From sequence record OZ035795.1: a stretch of 64,000 bases of DNA; one strand, given 5' to 3'. The translations under genes were made by a program, and so were the position numbers. Below the pieces are notes generated by a model. The model searched no databases. It was not told the origin of the DNA and saw only the letters and a list, made by a program, of their open reading frames with translations. Shown here piece after piece: positions 8,563-16,924 of this stretch. Source of the DNA: Krischvirus LF73P4. The first letter of the stretch is position 1. Each line of letters starts with the position of its first letter.

Positions 8563-9726
8563 ATGAGCGTATTTAACCGCGAACATGTTGATATTATGAA
8601 CGAACCGATGTTTCTGGGTAGTGGGTTGGGTATCGCTCGCTATGATATTCAGCGTCATCAAGTATTTGAAGAATTAATTGAAAAATCTCTGTCATTTTTC
8701 TGGCGTCCAGAAGAGATTTCACTTGCAACCGACCGCATTCAATATCTTAATATGGGTGACGTTGAAAAGCGTTTCTTTACCGAAAACTTGAAGTATCAGA
8801 CATTACTTGATTCTATTCAAGGTCGCGCACCGTCCGCAGCATTTGGTCCAATTGTATCTGATCCAACTCTCGATACATGGTTGCAAACATGGACATTCAG
8901 CGAAACGATTCATAGCAGAAGCTATACACACATTATGCGTAACTGTTTCATTGATCCGGCTAGTGAGTTCGACCAGATCATCGATAACCCTGCTATCATG
9001 AAGCGAGCGGAATCTATCGGGAAATATTATGATGATGTTCTGGTGAAAATCCGTGAATACGAGGACGCTAAAGAAAGTTTTAGTCGTTCTTCTGAAAATG
9101 AATTTGACCTTGATGCATATTCTGATAGCATTTCGTACGTGGAAGAAACTAAACGCAATCTGATGGAATCACTCTATCTGTGTATGCATTGCGTTAATGC
9201 ACTGGAGGCAATCCGTTTTTATGTGTCCTTTGCATGTACTTTCAGCTTTGCCGAACGTGGTTTACTGGAAGGTAACGCGAAGATCATGAAATTTATTGCG
9301 CGTGATGAACAACTTCACTTAAAAGGCACACAATACATTATTCGTCAATGGCAAACGGGGGTTGATGGTGATGAGTGGAAACAGATTGCGGAAGAACTTG
9401 AAGGCGAAGCAACGAAAATCTTTCTGGATGTTGTCGAGCAAGAAAAAGAATGGGTAGACCACCTATTCGCAATGGGGTCAATTCCTGGCTTGTCACCGGA
9501 AATTCTGAAAACTTATGTAGAATACCTGGCAGATTCCCGTATGCGTGCTGTCGGACTGAAAAGCCCGTTTAGTGTTCGTCGTCATCCTTTACCGTGGATG
9601 CGTAAGTGGTTAAACTCTGACGAAGTACAGAATGCAGCGCAAGAAGTAGAGATTATGTATCTGGTATCTCAGGTTAATACCGATTTAACAGACGATGACT
9701 ACAACCGATTCGGGAAATATCTATGA
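8563..9726 (+). CDS. nrdB: aerobic ribonucleotide reductase small subunit, intron-less
   Basis: 387 aa; collinear with T4 NrdB (MNEPMFxGSGLGxARYDIQRH, FFWRPEE, SETIHSRSYTHI, FIARDEQLHLKGTQYII). Confidence 0.95.
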   Translation: MSVFNREHVDIMNEPMFLGSGLGIARYDIQRHQVFEELIEKSLSFFWRPEEISLATDRIQYLNMGDVEKRFFTENLKYQTLLDSIQGRAPSAAFGPIVSDPTLDTWLQTWTFSETIHSRSYTHIMRNCFIDPASEFDQIIDNPAIMKRAESIGKYYDDVLVKIREYEDAKESFSRSSENEFDLDAYSDSISYVEETKRNLMESLYLCMHCVNALEAIRFYVSFACTFSFAERGLLEGNAKIMKFIARDEQLHLKGTQYIIRQWQTGVDGDEWKQIAEELEGEATKIFLDVVEQEKEWVDHLFAMGSIPGLSPEILKTYVEYLADSRMRAVGLKSPFSVRRHPLPWMRKWLNSDEVQNAAQEVEIMYLVSQVNTDLTDDDYNRFGKYL

Positions 9727-10199
9727 TATATTTTGTCGATTTAGATTTTACGATCACAGATCCAACGCATCGACTAGCAAAGATGCCAACCGAAAATCTT
9801 GATAAAGTCGAGTCATGGATCGAATATAACAAAGCATGTGGGGGAGATTCCCCCATTTACGATGTAATTCGTGTTATTAATGCTCTTTCCGACAACGGGC
9901 ATTTGATTTACATCCTCACAGGACGAAGTTCACATGCTTACATGGAAACAATTGATTGGTTAATTTCTAACGGGGTGTGTTTTGATAAAATCTTTATGAG
10001 AGGCCGTACCGATTCCCGTAAAGACTATCACATCAAATTAGAGGTAATTAAATCCTTTGATAAAGATGAAGTTGTCGGAGTCTTTGAGGATAACCCAGAA
10101 GTGATTAAAGTTTTGCGTGAAAATGGTTATCGTGTCTTTGACGTAGGAAATCACAAAGATAAGACGCGAGCGGATATTGCAAATCACGGTCATGATTAA
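9723..10199 (+). CDS. HAD-superfamily phosphatase-like protein
   Basis: 158 aa; N-terminal FVDLDFTITD (DxDxT nucleophile motif), later Asp-rich motif; start overlaps nrdB stop. Confidence 0.5.
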   Translation: MIYFVDLDFTITDPTHRLAKMPTENLDKVESWIEYNKACGGDSPIYDVIRVINALSDNGHLIYILTGRSSHAYMETIDWLISNGVCFDKIFMRGRTDSRKDYHIKLEVIKSFDKDEVVGVFEDNPEVIKVLRENGYRVFDVGNHKDKTRADIANHGHD

Positions 10200-10211
10200 T
10201 GTTTGTTCAAA

Positions 10212-10236
10212 GTCGCCCATAGTGGCGACTTTTTTG
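10212..10236 (+). terminator. rho-independent terminator
   Basis: GTCGCC/GGCGAC stem followed by TTTTTT. Confidence 0.6.
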
Positions 10237-10246
10237 TTATTGGGTG

Positions 10247-10275
10247 TTGACAATCTGATCTTGCCATAGCATAAT
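10247..10275 (+). promoter_or_regulatory. sigma70-like early promoter
   Basis: TTGACA 10247-10252, 17-nt spacer, CATAAT; leader CACATCGAAACGGAGGAACATATG. Confidence 0.55.
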
Positions 10276-10299
10276 ACGCACATCGAAACGGAGGAACAT

Positions 10300-10518
10300 A
10301 TGGAAACAGAAGAACAAGTCATTGCATATTTTCATCGTAAAAAGATGAAACTTAGAATCGAAAAGCAGTACATCAATCACTACATTGACCGAGTTCACTT
10401 AACAAGTACACCTTACCTATTCCGGTTGATAAACCCTAGAAAACGGTGGGAGAAGTTGGATAGAAACACAAAAATAATTGATAAGCTCACCCAATGGTGG
10501 AATGAATACAACAAGTAA
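10300..10518 (+). CDS. hypothetical protein
   Basis: 72 aa basic ORF behind promoter and GGAGG ribosome-binding site. Confidence 0.5.
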   Translation: METEEQVIAYFHRKKMKLRIEKQYINHYIDRVHLTSTPYLFRLINPRKRWEKLDRNTKIIDKLTQWWNEYNK

Positions 10519-10525
10519 AAAGTAG

Positions 10526-10554
10526 TTGACACTGAATAACGGGGGTAGTAAGAT
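10526..10554 (+). promoter_or_regulatory. PeSL-type promoter (hairpin GGGGGTAGTAAGATACTCCC spanning -10)
   Basis: TTGACA 10526-10531, 17-nt spacer, TAAGAT -10 inside the palindrome; leader CATCGAAACGAAAC + AAGGAGAATCAAAATG. Confidence 0.65.
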
Positions 10555-10587
10555 ACTCCCATCGAAACGAAACAAAGGAGAATCAAA

Positions 10588-10806
10588 ATGAAATTTACTT
10601 GCACCGACTCTATCAGCAAACACTTTGTAGTAGGCGAAGTATACGAATCTACTACCATTCGCCAGCGTGACCTGATGGGTCGCCTTTACAATCAGCCAGT
10701 ATTCATTATTGGCGAAGAATTGTTCTACATTGAAAACCGTCCGTGGGTTGCTTTCAATAAACGAGGACGCAAGGTAGCAAAATTCGAACTTGTCATTAAA
10801 AAGTAG
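10588..10806 (+). CDS. hypothetical protein
   Basis: 72 aa ORF behind PeSL promoter and AAGGAG ribosome-binding site. Confidence 0.5.
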   Translation: MKFTCTDSISKHFVVGEVYESTTIRQRDLMGRLYNQPVFIIGEELFYIENRPWVAFNKRGRKVAKFELVIKK

Positions 10807-10835
10807 TTGACAGCATGAAACGGGGGTAGTAATAT
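10807..10835 (+). promoter_or_regulatory. PeSL-type promoter
   Basis: TTGACA 10807-10812, palindrome GGGGGTAGTAATATACCCCC across -10, conserved leader. Confidence 0.65.
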
Positions 10836-10873
10836 ACCCCCATCGAAACGAAATACACTTTAAGGAGAATCAA

Positions 10874-11023
10874 ATGAACAACTTTGACGCGGTACTGAAA
10901 ATGGCAATCGAAACTTACGCGGAGATCTCCGGCGAGAAAGTAGAGGACATTATCAAAGAATGTCAGAACTTTGAAAGCCAGACAGCCAAGAATGTTCAAA
11001 TGTTGATGTTTGCGGTTGCATAA
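10874..11023 (+). CDS. hypothetical small protein (49 aa)
   Basis: ATG behind AAGGAGAATCAA module; below track size cut-off. Confidence 0.4.
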   Translation: MNNFDAVLKMAIETYAEISGEKVEDIIKECQNFESQTAKNVQMLMFAVA

Positions 11024-11031
11024 AAAAGCAG

Positions 11032-11060
11032 TTGACAGCATATCACGGGAGTAGTAAGAT
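11032..11060 (+). promoter_or_regulatory. PeSL-type promoter
   Basis: TTGACA 11032-11037, palindrome GGGAGTAGTAAGATACTCCC, TAAGAT -10. Confidence 0.65.
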
Positions 11061-11093
11061 ACTCCCATACCAAAACAACTAAGGAGTATCAAG

Positions 11094-11492
11094 ATGATTA
11101 AATTTCAAACTCGCAAAGATGTTCTGGACTTCGTTAAAGTTTTCGGTTACGCTGCATTGCAACATGCAATGGACAAAATGGCCATCTCCCCAGATCAGAC
11201 TATGCTGATCCGTATGGTTAAAGCAACCGCCTACAAAAACGACATTACCCTCTCAGAAATCAACGACGGTAATACTGTTCGCGAGGTAATTGTTTCTTTC
11301 GAATCACCGAAAATTGGCGGTTTTCATACCACGATGTTAGGTGAAATCACTGTCACTGTATACGGGCAAGGTGGCGGAGTGTTTACCGTCAAAGAAGCAA
11401 TGGAAAATGGAACGCTGAACAAAGAAAAACTGGAATTTGTCCTGAAAATCATCAAGGAGCGTAACGAAGCTCGCGATATTCTGGAAAGTTAA
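11094..11492 (+). CDS. hypothetical protein
   Basis: 132 aa ORF behind PeSL promoter and AAGGAG ribosome-binding site. Confidence 0.55.
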   Translation: MIKFQTRKDVLDFVKVFGYAALQHAMDKMAISPDQTMLIRMVKATAYKNDITLSEINDGNTVREVIVSFESPKIGGFHTTMLGEITVTVYGQGGGVFTVKEAMENGTLNKEKLEFVLKIIKERNEARDILES

Positions 11493-11498
11493 TAAGGT

Positions 11499-11522
11499 GG
11501 GCGGGAGAAATCCCGCCTTTGT
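11499..11522 (+). terminator. hairpin GGCGGGA-GAAA-TCCCGCC + T-run
   Basis: same GAGAAATC loop family as the PeSL hairpins, followed by TTT. Confidence 0.45.
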
Positions 11523-11542
11523 TGTGACGTGAGGAAAGGATA

Positions 11543-12004
11543 ATGATTAATGAGCTAATAGAAAACTATGGATTCGTTAAATATTCATGTTTAGAGTGTA
11601 AAGATGGTGATGTGATTCTGCCGCCTCAGAAGAACCGTTTAAATGTTCTTTACGCTATTGTTGTTGATGATGAACTGGTATACATTGGTCAGACTGTCAA
11701 TCTCAGAAAGCGGATCAATTATTACCGGACTAGCATTAACAGACAAACACCAACAGCGGATACTCGCAAGAGTAAGAATATTCATAAGGCGCTAGAGGAA
11801 GGTAAGACAGTAACATTCTATTACCGCCAGTGTTTTGAGTTGTACATCGAGAATCCAACGGGTAAGGATATTATAAGCACTGCCGATATCGAAGAACCTG
11901 TTTTGATCACCAAATTTAAACCAGAATGGAACACAAATTATGTCAACAAAAGAAAACAACAAAAAAGTTTTAGCATTGTTCAAAAATCTGATGGCACTAT
12001 GTGA
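11543..12004 (+). CDS. GIY-YIG nuclease-domain protein
   Basis: 153 aa; LYAIVVDDELVYIGQT...RKRINYY matches the GIY-(x10)-YIG + conserved Arg core; 3' end overlaps rnlA start by 65 nt. Confidence 0.6.
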   Translation: MINELIENYGFVKYSCLECKDGDVILPPQKNRLNVLYAIVVDDELVYIGQTVNLRKRINYYRTSINRQTPTADTRKSKNIHKALEEGKTVTFYYRQCFELYIENPTGKDIISTADIEEPVLITKFKPEWNTNYVNKRKQQKSFSIVQKSDGTM

Positions 12005-13109
12005 CGGATCTGATACGTTCTATTACAAAGATGAAATTACGGCGATGCAAACTCGTATGCGCATTTTTAGCTATCTGTACTTGAGCAAACCGGAAATGTG
12101 GAATAAACCAGATGCGTTAGAGTGTCGCGGGATCATGTTTGAAATTGACGATAAAGGTCGTCCGGTCCGCATTGCATCTCGTCCTATGGAGAAGTTTTTT
12201 AATTTAGGCGAGAATGATCGCGCTCGCTTTAAGCCGGAAGATGTGGAAATGGTCATGGACAAAATGGACGGTAGTCTAGTAAGCACATACATTGATAACG
12301 GCTATGTTCAGTTGAAGTCTAAAGCGGCCTTGTACTCAAGCCAGGCAGAGAGAGCAAACGGTCTTCTGTATTCAGAGAAGTATGCGGATCTACGCGCTAA
12401 GATTGCTGATATTGGGTCTGATTATACTTTCAACTTTGAATATACAGCGCCCAGCAACCGAATTGTTGTAGAATATTCTGAACCGTCGCTAACACTTCTG
12501 AATGTACGCCATAACGTCACAGGAGAGTACGTACCGCATCAAATGCTATTTGTTGACGCAATCCTACGTCCTCATCTGGTAAATGCGTTACAGGTTGATT
12601 CAGCGCGTTTTGGCAATATTCTTGACGAAGTTCGGACCGCAGAAGGTATCGAAGGAATTGTTGCACGCACTAAAGACGGTCAAATGTTCAAAGTGAAGAG
12701 TGAATGGTATATTGGTGTGCATAACATTAAAAACACATCGATGTTTCCTAATAACCTGATCTACTATGTCGTAGAAAGCGAAACCGATGATTTGCGTGCT
12801 GCATATGAAGGCGAACCGGAAGCACTGGAACGAATCGAGCTATTCGAGGAAGCATTCAGGTCTATTCTTCGCAATGCCTTCACGACAGCAACAGAATTTT
12901 ATAGCGCACACGCGGGAGAAGACAGAAAGACATATGCATCAAATGCGACTATCGAATCACGTAAACATGGTGATGCACAAGCATATATTTTCATGTGTCT
13001 GATGATTGCATTTGATGGTCTTGATTATGACCGTATTCTGGATTCAATGAAAACTTACTATCTACGGAATTATAAGAAACTTATTCCGGCTGATAAGATT
13101 GATTGGTAA
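11940..13109 (+). CDS. rnlA: RNA ligase 1
   Basis: 389 aa; collinear with T4 gp63 (FKNLMALC, RIFSYxY, PDALECRGIMFE, VRIASRPMEKFFNL, DGSLVSTY). Confidence 0.9.
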   Translation: MSTKENNKKVLALFKNLMALCDGSDTFYYKDEITAMQTRMRIFSYLYLSKPEMWNKPDALECRGIMFEIDDKGRPVRIASRPMEKFFNLGENDRARFKPEDVEMVMDKMDGSLVSTYIDNGYVQLKSKAALYSSQAERANGLLYSEKYADLRAKIADIGSDYTFNFEYTAPSNRIVVEYSEPSLTLLNVRHNVTGEYVPHQMLFVDAILRPHLVNALQVDSARFGNILDEVRTAEGIEGIVARTKDGQMFKVKSEWYIGVHNIKNTSMFPNNLIYYVVESETDDLRAAYEGEPEALERIELFEEAFRSILRNAFTTATEFYSAHAGEDRKTYASNATIESRKHGDAQAYIFMCLMIAFDGLDYDRILDSMKTYYLRNYKKLIPADKIDW

Positions 13110-13115
13110 TAATAA

Positions 13116-13138
13116 GCGGGGCTAGTTCCCCGCCTTTT
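13116..13138 (+). terminator. rho-independent terminator after rnlA
   Basis: GCGGGG/CCCCGC stem + TTTT. Confidence 0.6.
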
Positions 13139-13154
13139 GTCGTTGGGGGGTAAT

Positions 13155-13478
13155 ATGTCAAAGCTGATATACATTGTTATCATATCTGTATTGCTGGGGG
13201 TAGGTGGCAATATGTGGTGGGAAAATAAAAAGGAGGTAGATCGACTGAATCAGGAATTTACAGAATATAAGAAAAAGACAGATGAGAAGATGAAGATTGT
13301 AGACTCGCTGCAAAAGGAGATGTACGGAATAAGAACTAAGTTTGCAGAAGAACAAAACAAAGCAATGAAAGACGCTACACGAGGCGATGTAGTAGCACAA
13401 AAACCCAAGTTGGTAGAGAAACAGCTTAATGACTCATTTAAGGAGTTTACCGAAGAATTAAGGGAGGCTACTAAATGA
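13155..13478 (+). CDS. putative i-spanin-like protein (N-terminal TM + coiled coil)
   Basis: 107 aa; single N-terminal TM helix then charged helical region; adjacent to pseT, where T4 carries its spanin genes (pseT.3/pseT.2). Confidence 0.45.
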   Translation: MSKLIYIVIISVLLGVGGNMWWENKKEVDRLNQEFTEYKKKTDEKMKIVDSLQKEMYGIRTKFAEEQNKAMKDATRGDVVAQKPKLVEKQLNDSFKEFTEELREATK

Positions 13479-13927
13479 GCATAGAAATATTTCCTACACA
13501 AGAGCAGATAAGCAATTTTAATCTGGTTGATTATCTGTGGATAGGTGCAAGCATTATTATCCTGATGGTGTTTTCAATTTTCGTGATACACTGGATGTTT
13601 AAGAAAGCACATAAGAATTTTCAGACCGCCATAATCCATGTCTTCGCTGTGCCTATTGTATTTGCGCTTTCTTCGTGTACAATGGACCATTATTCACAGG
13701 AACCGAAATTACATCCTCCACTACCAGCACCAATAGAAAAAGTTGACATTGACCTGAAAGTTGATACAATAGACGGTAAACCTAGAGTTTCTATGTCGTG
13801 GGAGGACTCCCAAAAATTCAGAGTCTGGCTTGCGGATATTAAGAGATATACACTTGAAAGTAAGTTGATCATGTGTTATTATCGAAAAGAACTTAATGAG
13901 GAACGGTGCAAACCGAAGGAGAAATAA
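13475..13927 (+). CDS. putative o-spanin-like lipoprotein / membrane protein
   Basis: AGGGAGG ribosome-binding site, ATG overlapping upstream stop; hydrophobic segment ending in lipobox-like ALSSC, Pro-rich region; product may start at internal Met (13595). Confidence 0.4.
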   Translation: MSIEIFPTQEQISNFNLVDYLWIGASIIILMVFSIFVIHWMFKKAHKNFQTAIIHVFAVPIVFALSSCTMDHYSQEPKLHPPLPAPIEKVDIDLKVDTIDGKPRVSMSWEDSQKFRVWLADIKRYTLESKLIMCYYRKELNEERCKPKEK

Positions 13928-14805
13928 TGCCGAAATGTGAAGTGATTTTAACCGTTGGTTGTTCTGGGTCTGGTAAAACTACATGGGCGATGGAAACATG
14001 TAAACGGTTTAGTAATTATCGTAATGTGAATCGTGATGATCTTCGTCTTATGTTGTTTGGTGTTGACTCACATTTGAAATACAAGTATACTAAGGAAAAA
14101 GAAAAACTGGTGGAGTCTATTCAGAGAATGATTGCTCGTGAGACTCTATCACGCGGATTGAGTATCATTATCTCTGATACCAACCTGAAAGAAAAACATC
14201 GTGTATTCTACAAAGAACTTGCAAAAGAATTTAACGCGGTGTATACTGAACAAGTGTTCAATGAATCATTTGAGACACTAAAGAAACGTAATTTCTATCG
14301 CGGCGAGAAAGCAATTCCACTTTCTCATTTGCGCAACCAATTTTATCTGATGCAGGAATATATGGGTCAAGAAGTATACAAACCGAATACCATGCTGCCA
14401 AAGGCAGTGATCTTTGATATTGATGGAACATTAGCGGATAAGGGCGGTCGTCATCCGTTTGACTGGACAAAGGTCAAAGAAGATAAACCGCGTCCGCAAG
14501 TGATCGAAATGCTTAAACTGTATCGTGATAATGGCTATCGTATCATTACATGCTCAGGGCGTGAGGATGTTTGCGAAGAAGATACTCTGCAATGGCTGCG
14601 TGAACAAGGTATTGAACCTAGTGATCACTTTCAACGTGAAACTAATGATCGTCGTCCTGATCATGAAGTGAAGAAAGAGATTTTCTTCTCTGAAATTGCA
14701 CCGCGTTATCATGTTGTTTTGGCGGTAGATGACCGTGATCAAGTGGTTGACATGTACCGCTCAATTGGTGTAGAATGTTTTCAGGTTAACTACGGAGAAT
14801 TTTAA
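13927..14805 (+). CDS. pseT: polynucleotide 5'-kinase / 3'-phosphatase
   Basis: ATG 13927 after AAGGAG; P-loop GCSGSGKTTWA, phosphatase DxDGT (IFDIDGTLA), collinear with T4 PseT to the C-terminal GVECxQV. Confidence 0.9.
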   Translation: MPKCEVILTVGCSGSGKTTWAMETCKRFSNYRNVNRDDLRLMLFGVDSHLKYKYTKEKEKLVESIQRMIARETLSRGLSIIISDTNLKEKHRVFYKELAKEFNAVYTEQVFNESFETLKKRNFYRGEKAIPLSHLRNQFYLMQEYMGQEVYKPNTMLPKAVIFDIDGTLADKGGRHPFDWTKVKEDKPRPQVIEMLKLYRDNGYRIITCSGREDVCEEDTLQWLREQGIEPSDHFQRETNDRRPDHEVKKEIFFSEIAPRYHVVLAVDDRDQVVDMYRSIGVECFQVNYGEF

Positions 14806-15008
14806 TGTTTACCGATAAACTCAAGCAATTAGGCGAAGCACTTGCTAAACGTGGTTTTAGTGTTGATATTGAACCAGCGCCAGTTATGCCGTTTAGCGAT
14901 GAACGTCGCAGTGTATATGTCATCATGAGAAATAATCATGGTGTGAATACATTCAATGTAAAACAGTATAGCGACGGATCAGTAGAATACTTTCGCGTAT
15001 ACGGTTAA
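14805..15008 (+). CDS. hypothetical protein
   Basis: 67 aa; start overlaps pseT stop. Confidence 0.4.
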   Translation: MFTDKLKQLGEALAKRGFSVDIEPAPVMPFSDERRSVYVIMRNNHGVNTFNVKQYSDGSVEYFRVYG

Positions 15009-15029
15009 TTACTATGTGAGGATTATATT

Positions 15030-15536
15030 ATGTTGTCACAAACTTACATGCAGATCGCCTATCTGATCGCAAAGAACTCTAAATGTGTTTCGTGGAAGGT
15101 AGGCGCACTGATCGAAAAAGACGGGCGAATCATTTCTACTGGATTTAACGGAACTCCAGCAGGGCAAGTAAATTGTAGCTGTCATGCACATAAAAACGGT
15201 TGGCTGGATGATGACGGCAAAATGATCCCAGAAAAACGACCAGAGCATAGTGCATGGTCACAGAAAAACGAGATCCATGCTGAATTAAATGCTATTTTGT
15301 TTGCTGCCCGTAGCGGTGTATCGATTGAAGGCGCTAGTATGTGGTGTACTGCTTCACCGTGTCCAGATTGCGCTAAAGCAATTGCAAACAGTGGTATTAA
15401 ACATCTATACTATTGCGACACATATGATCGAAATGGTGGGCGTGATTGGGCTGATATTCTGAATAATGCAGATATTACGATCACGCGTATTCCAAAAGCA
15501 TTATTGACTGATTTGAAGGGTATTGATAATGACTGA
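15030..15536 (+). CDS. cd: dCMP deaminase
   Basis: 168 aa; cytidine/dCMP deaminase zinc motifs HAELNAI ... PCPDCAKAI. Confidence 0.85.
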   Translation: MLSQTYMQIAYLIAKNSKCVSWKVGALIEKDGRIISTGFNGTPAGQVNCSCHAHKNGWLDDDGKMIPEKRPEHSAWSQKNEIHAELNAILFAARSGVSIEGASMWCTASPCPDCAKAIANSGIKHLYYCDTYDRNGGRDWADILNNADITITRIPKALLTDLKGIDND

Positions 15537-15843
15537 ACAAGTTGATAATATCGCACTTCGTGAAGCACTAAAGAAAATGTTTTCGGTCGGTACTCACTCT
15601 TTGCAGTTTACTAAGAAAGATGGTACTGTCCGTGAGATGATCGCCACGCGAGATCCGGCACTGATGCCGTTTGAAACATACGAAAAGTGGTTAGTTCCGA
15701 ATGTTGAAAAACCGCGTAAAGAATCAGAAACATCTTTGCCAGTATATGAAATTACAGTTGAAGGTTTCCGTAGTTTTGGGCTTGATAGTCTGATTAATGT
15801 AGATGGGCTGACTCCAGCGCAGATCGTCGAAATTTATAAATAA
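15529..15843 (+). CDS. hypothetical protein
   Basis: ATG 15529 overlapping cd stop; 104 aa. Confidence 0.4.
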   Translation: MTEQVDNIALREALKKMFSVGTHSLQFTKKDGTVREMIATRDPALMPFETYEKWLVPNVEKPRKESETSLPVYEITVEGFRSFGLDSLINVDGLTPAQIVEIYK

Positions 15844-15884
15844 TTCATCATTAAACTGTATTGATTTGAAGAGGTAATAAAATT

Positions 15885-16208
15885 ATGACCGTTAAAACTC
15901 CTAAAGCACTTGGTGATTATGTAATTATCGAAGCTAAAGCAGAAAGCGCAGGGACCGAAGTAAAAAGCTCTATGGGGATCATTATTGAGCAAAAGCGCAC
16001 TATGGGTGAGATTCCGCTGGTAGGTAAGATTATTGATATTGGCGAGACGGTAGATAAAGAATTGCTGGGTAAAACTGTTTTACTGCCACATGGAAAGATG
16101 AATAAAGTTCCTCATCCAGACGTTATTAACGGCGTTAAGAAGGAAGAAGAGATCGACCTGAAATGGACTGTAACGCACAAACAGAATATTGTGGTAGTTT
16201 ACGGTTAA
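15885..16208 (+). CDS. 31: co-chaperonin gp31 (GroES-like)
   Basis: 107 aa; pattern shared with T4 gp31 (GDYVIIE, SxGIIIExKR, GEIP, VPHP). Confidence 0.75.
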   Translation: MTVKTPKALGDYVIIEAKAESAGTEVKSSMGIIIEQKRTMGEIPLVGKIIDIGETVDKELLGKTVLLPHGKMNKVPHPDVINGVKKEEEIDLKWTVTHKQNIVVVYG

Positions 16209-16219
16209 TGATTTTAAAC

Positions 16220-16248
16220 GGCGGGAAATAATCCCGCCTATATTTTGG
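16220..16248 (+). terminator. rho-independent terminator after gene 31
   Basis: GGCGGGA/TCCCGCC stem + T-rich tail. Confidence 0.55.
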
Positions 16249-16444
16249 CTATATGATTTTGTAAGTTATTGATTATTAAGGAATTTTATTATGAAAACTA
16301 TGAATGTAAACATCCACGAAATCCATACCGAAGTATTCACCGAAGAAGACCAGTTTGGTGTATGGGTAAATCCTCATTCGATTACTATCGATATTCCTAA
16401 TGACGATTATGATCCGTTCTCTCTGATTAGCGAGATTAGTTTCA

Positions 16445-16924
16445 ATGACTTCTGAAATTGATATCTATGCGGGTGGACCTTATCCATCGGGTGAATTGAG
16501 CAATTTCAATAAAAGACCATTCCGTCTATTTGGTTGCGATATTAACAGCACAGAAGGATTTTTACAGGGGCTAAGATTTAAGAACCCTCAGAGACAAAGA
16601 GAAATCTTTTTGATGCACGGTGGCAAAGCAAAAAGAACCGGAAGAACTGAAAAGATTGAGAATCACATGTTATATTTTCAGGGTCGCCCGATTCATCGAA
16701 TGAGTGAGCATTATTACAGACTGGTACATCTGGCATTTGTTACGATGGCACGGAATAACCCAGAATTTTGTAAAGCATTACTCGCTACCGGAAATAAGAA
16801 ATTGCGTCATAGCATAGGTGGAACTGATCCGTTAAAGACTATATTGACTGAATCGGAATTTTGTAGTATCCTCAATGATATTCGTGAACGTTTAACAAAA
16901 CGAGGTGAAAATGTCAATTCTTAA
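16445..16924 (+). CDS. NADAR-family (YbiA/DUF1768-like) protein
   Basis: 159 aa; ELSNF, TEGFLQGLRF, GGKAKRTGR, LLATGNKKLRHSIGG match NADAR-domain conserved positions. Confidence 0.55.
   Translation: MTSEIDIYAGGPYPSGELSNFNKRPFRLFGCDINSTEGFLQGLRFKNPQRQREIFLMHGGKAKRTGRTEKIENHMLYFQGRPIHRMSEHYYRLVHLAFVTMARNNPEFCKALLATGNKKLRHSIGGTDPLKTILTESEFCSILNDIRERLTKRGENVNS

Noticed and set aside
10520-11070. CRISPR-like array suggested by recurring GGGAGTAGTAAGATACTCCC palindromes
   Set aside because: Repeats are irregularly spaced (270-500 bp), each sits in a promoter spacer upstream of an ORF, and no cas genes are present; they are promoter-associated stem-loops.
15835-15842. TATAAATA upstream of gene 31 as a T4-type late promoter
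   Set aside because: Single occurrence noticed in an AT-rich spacer; cannot be told apart from chance without a transcription-start map.
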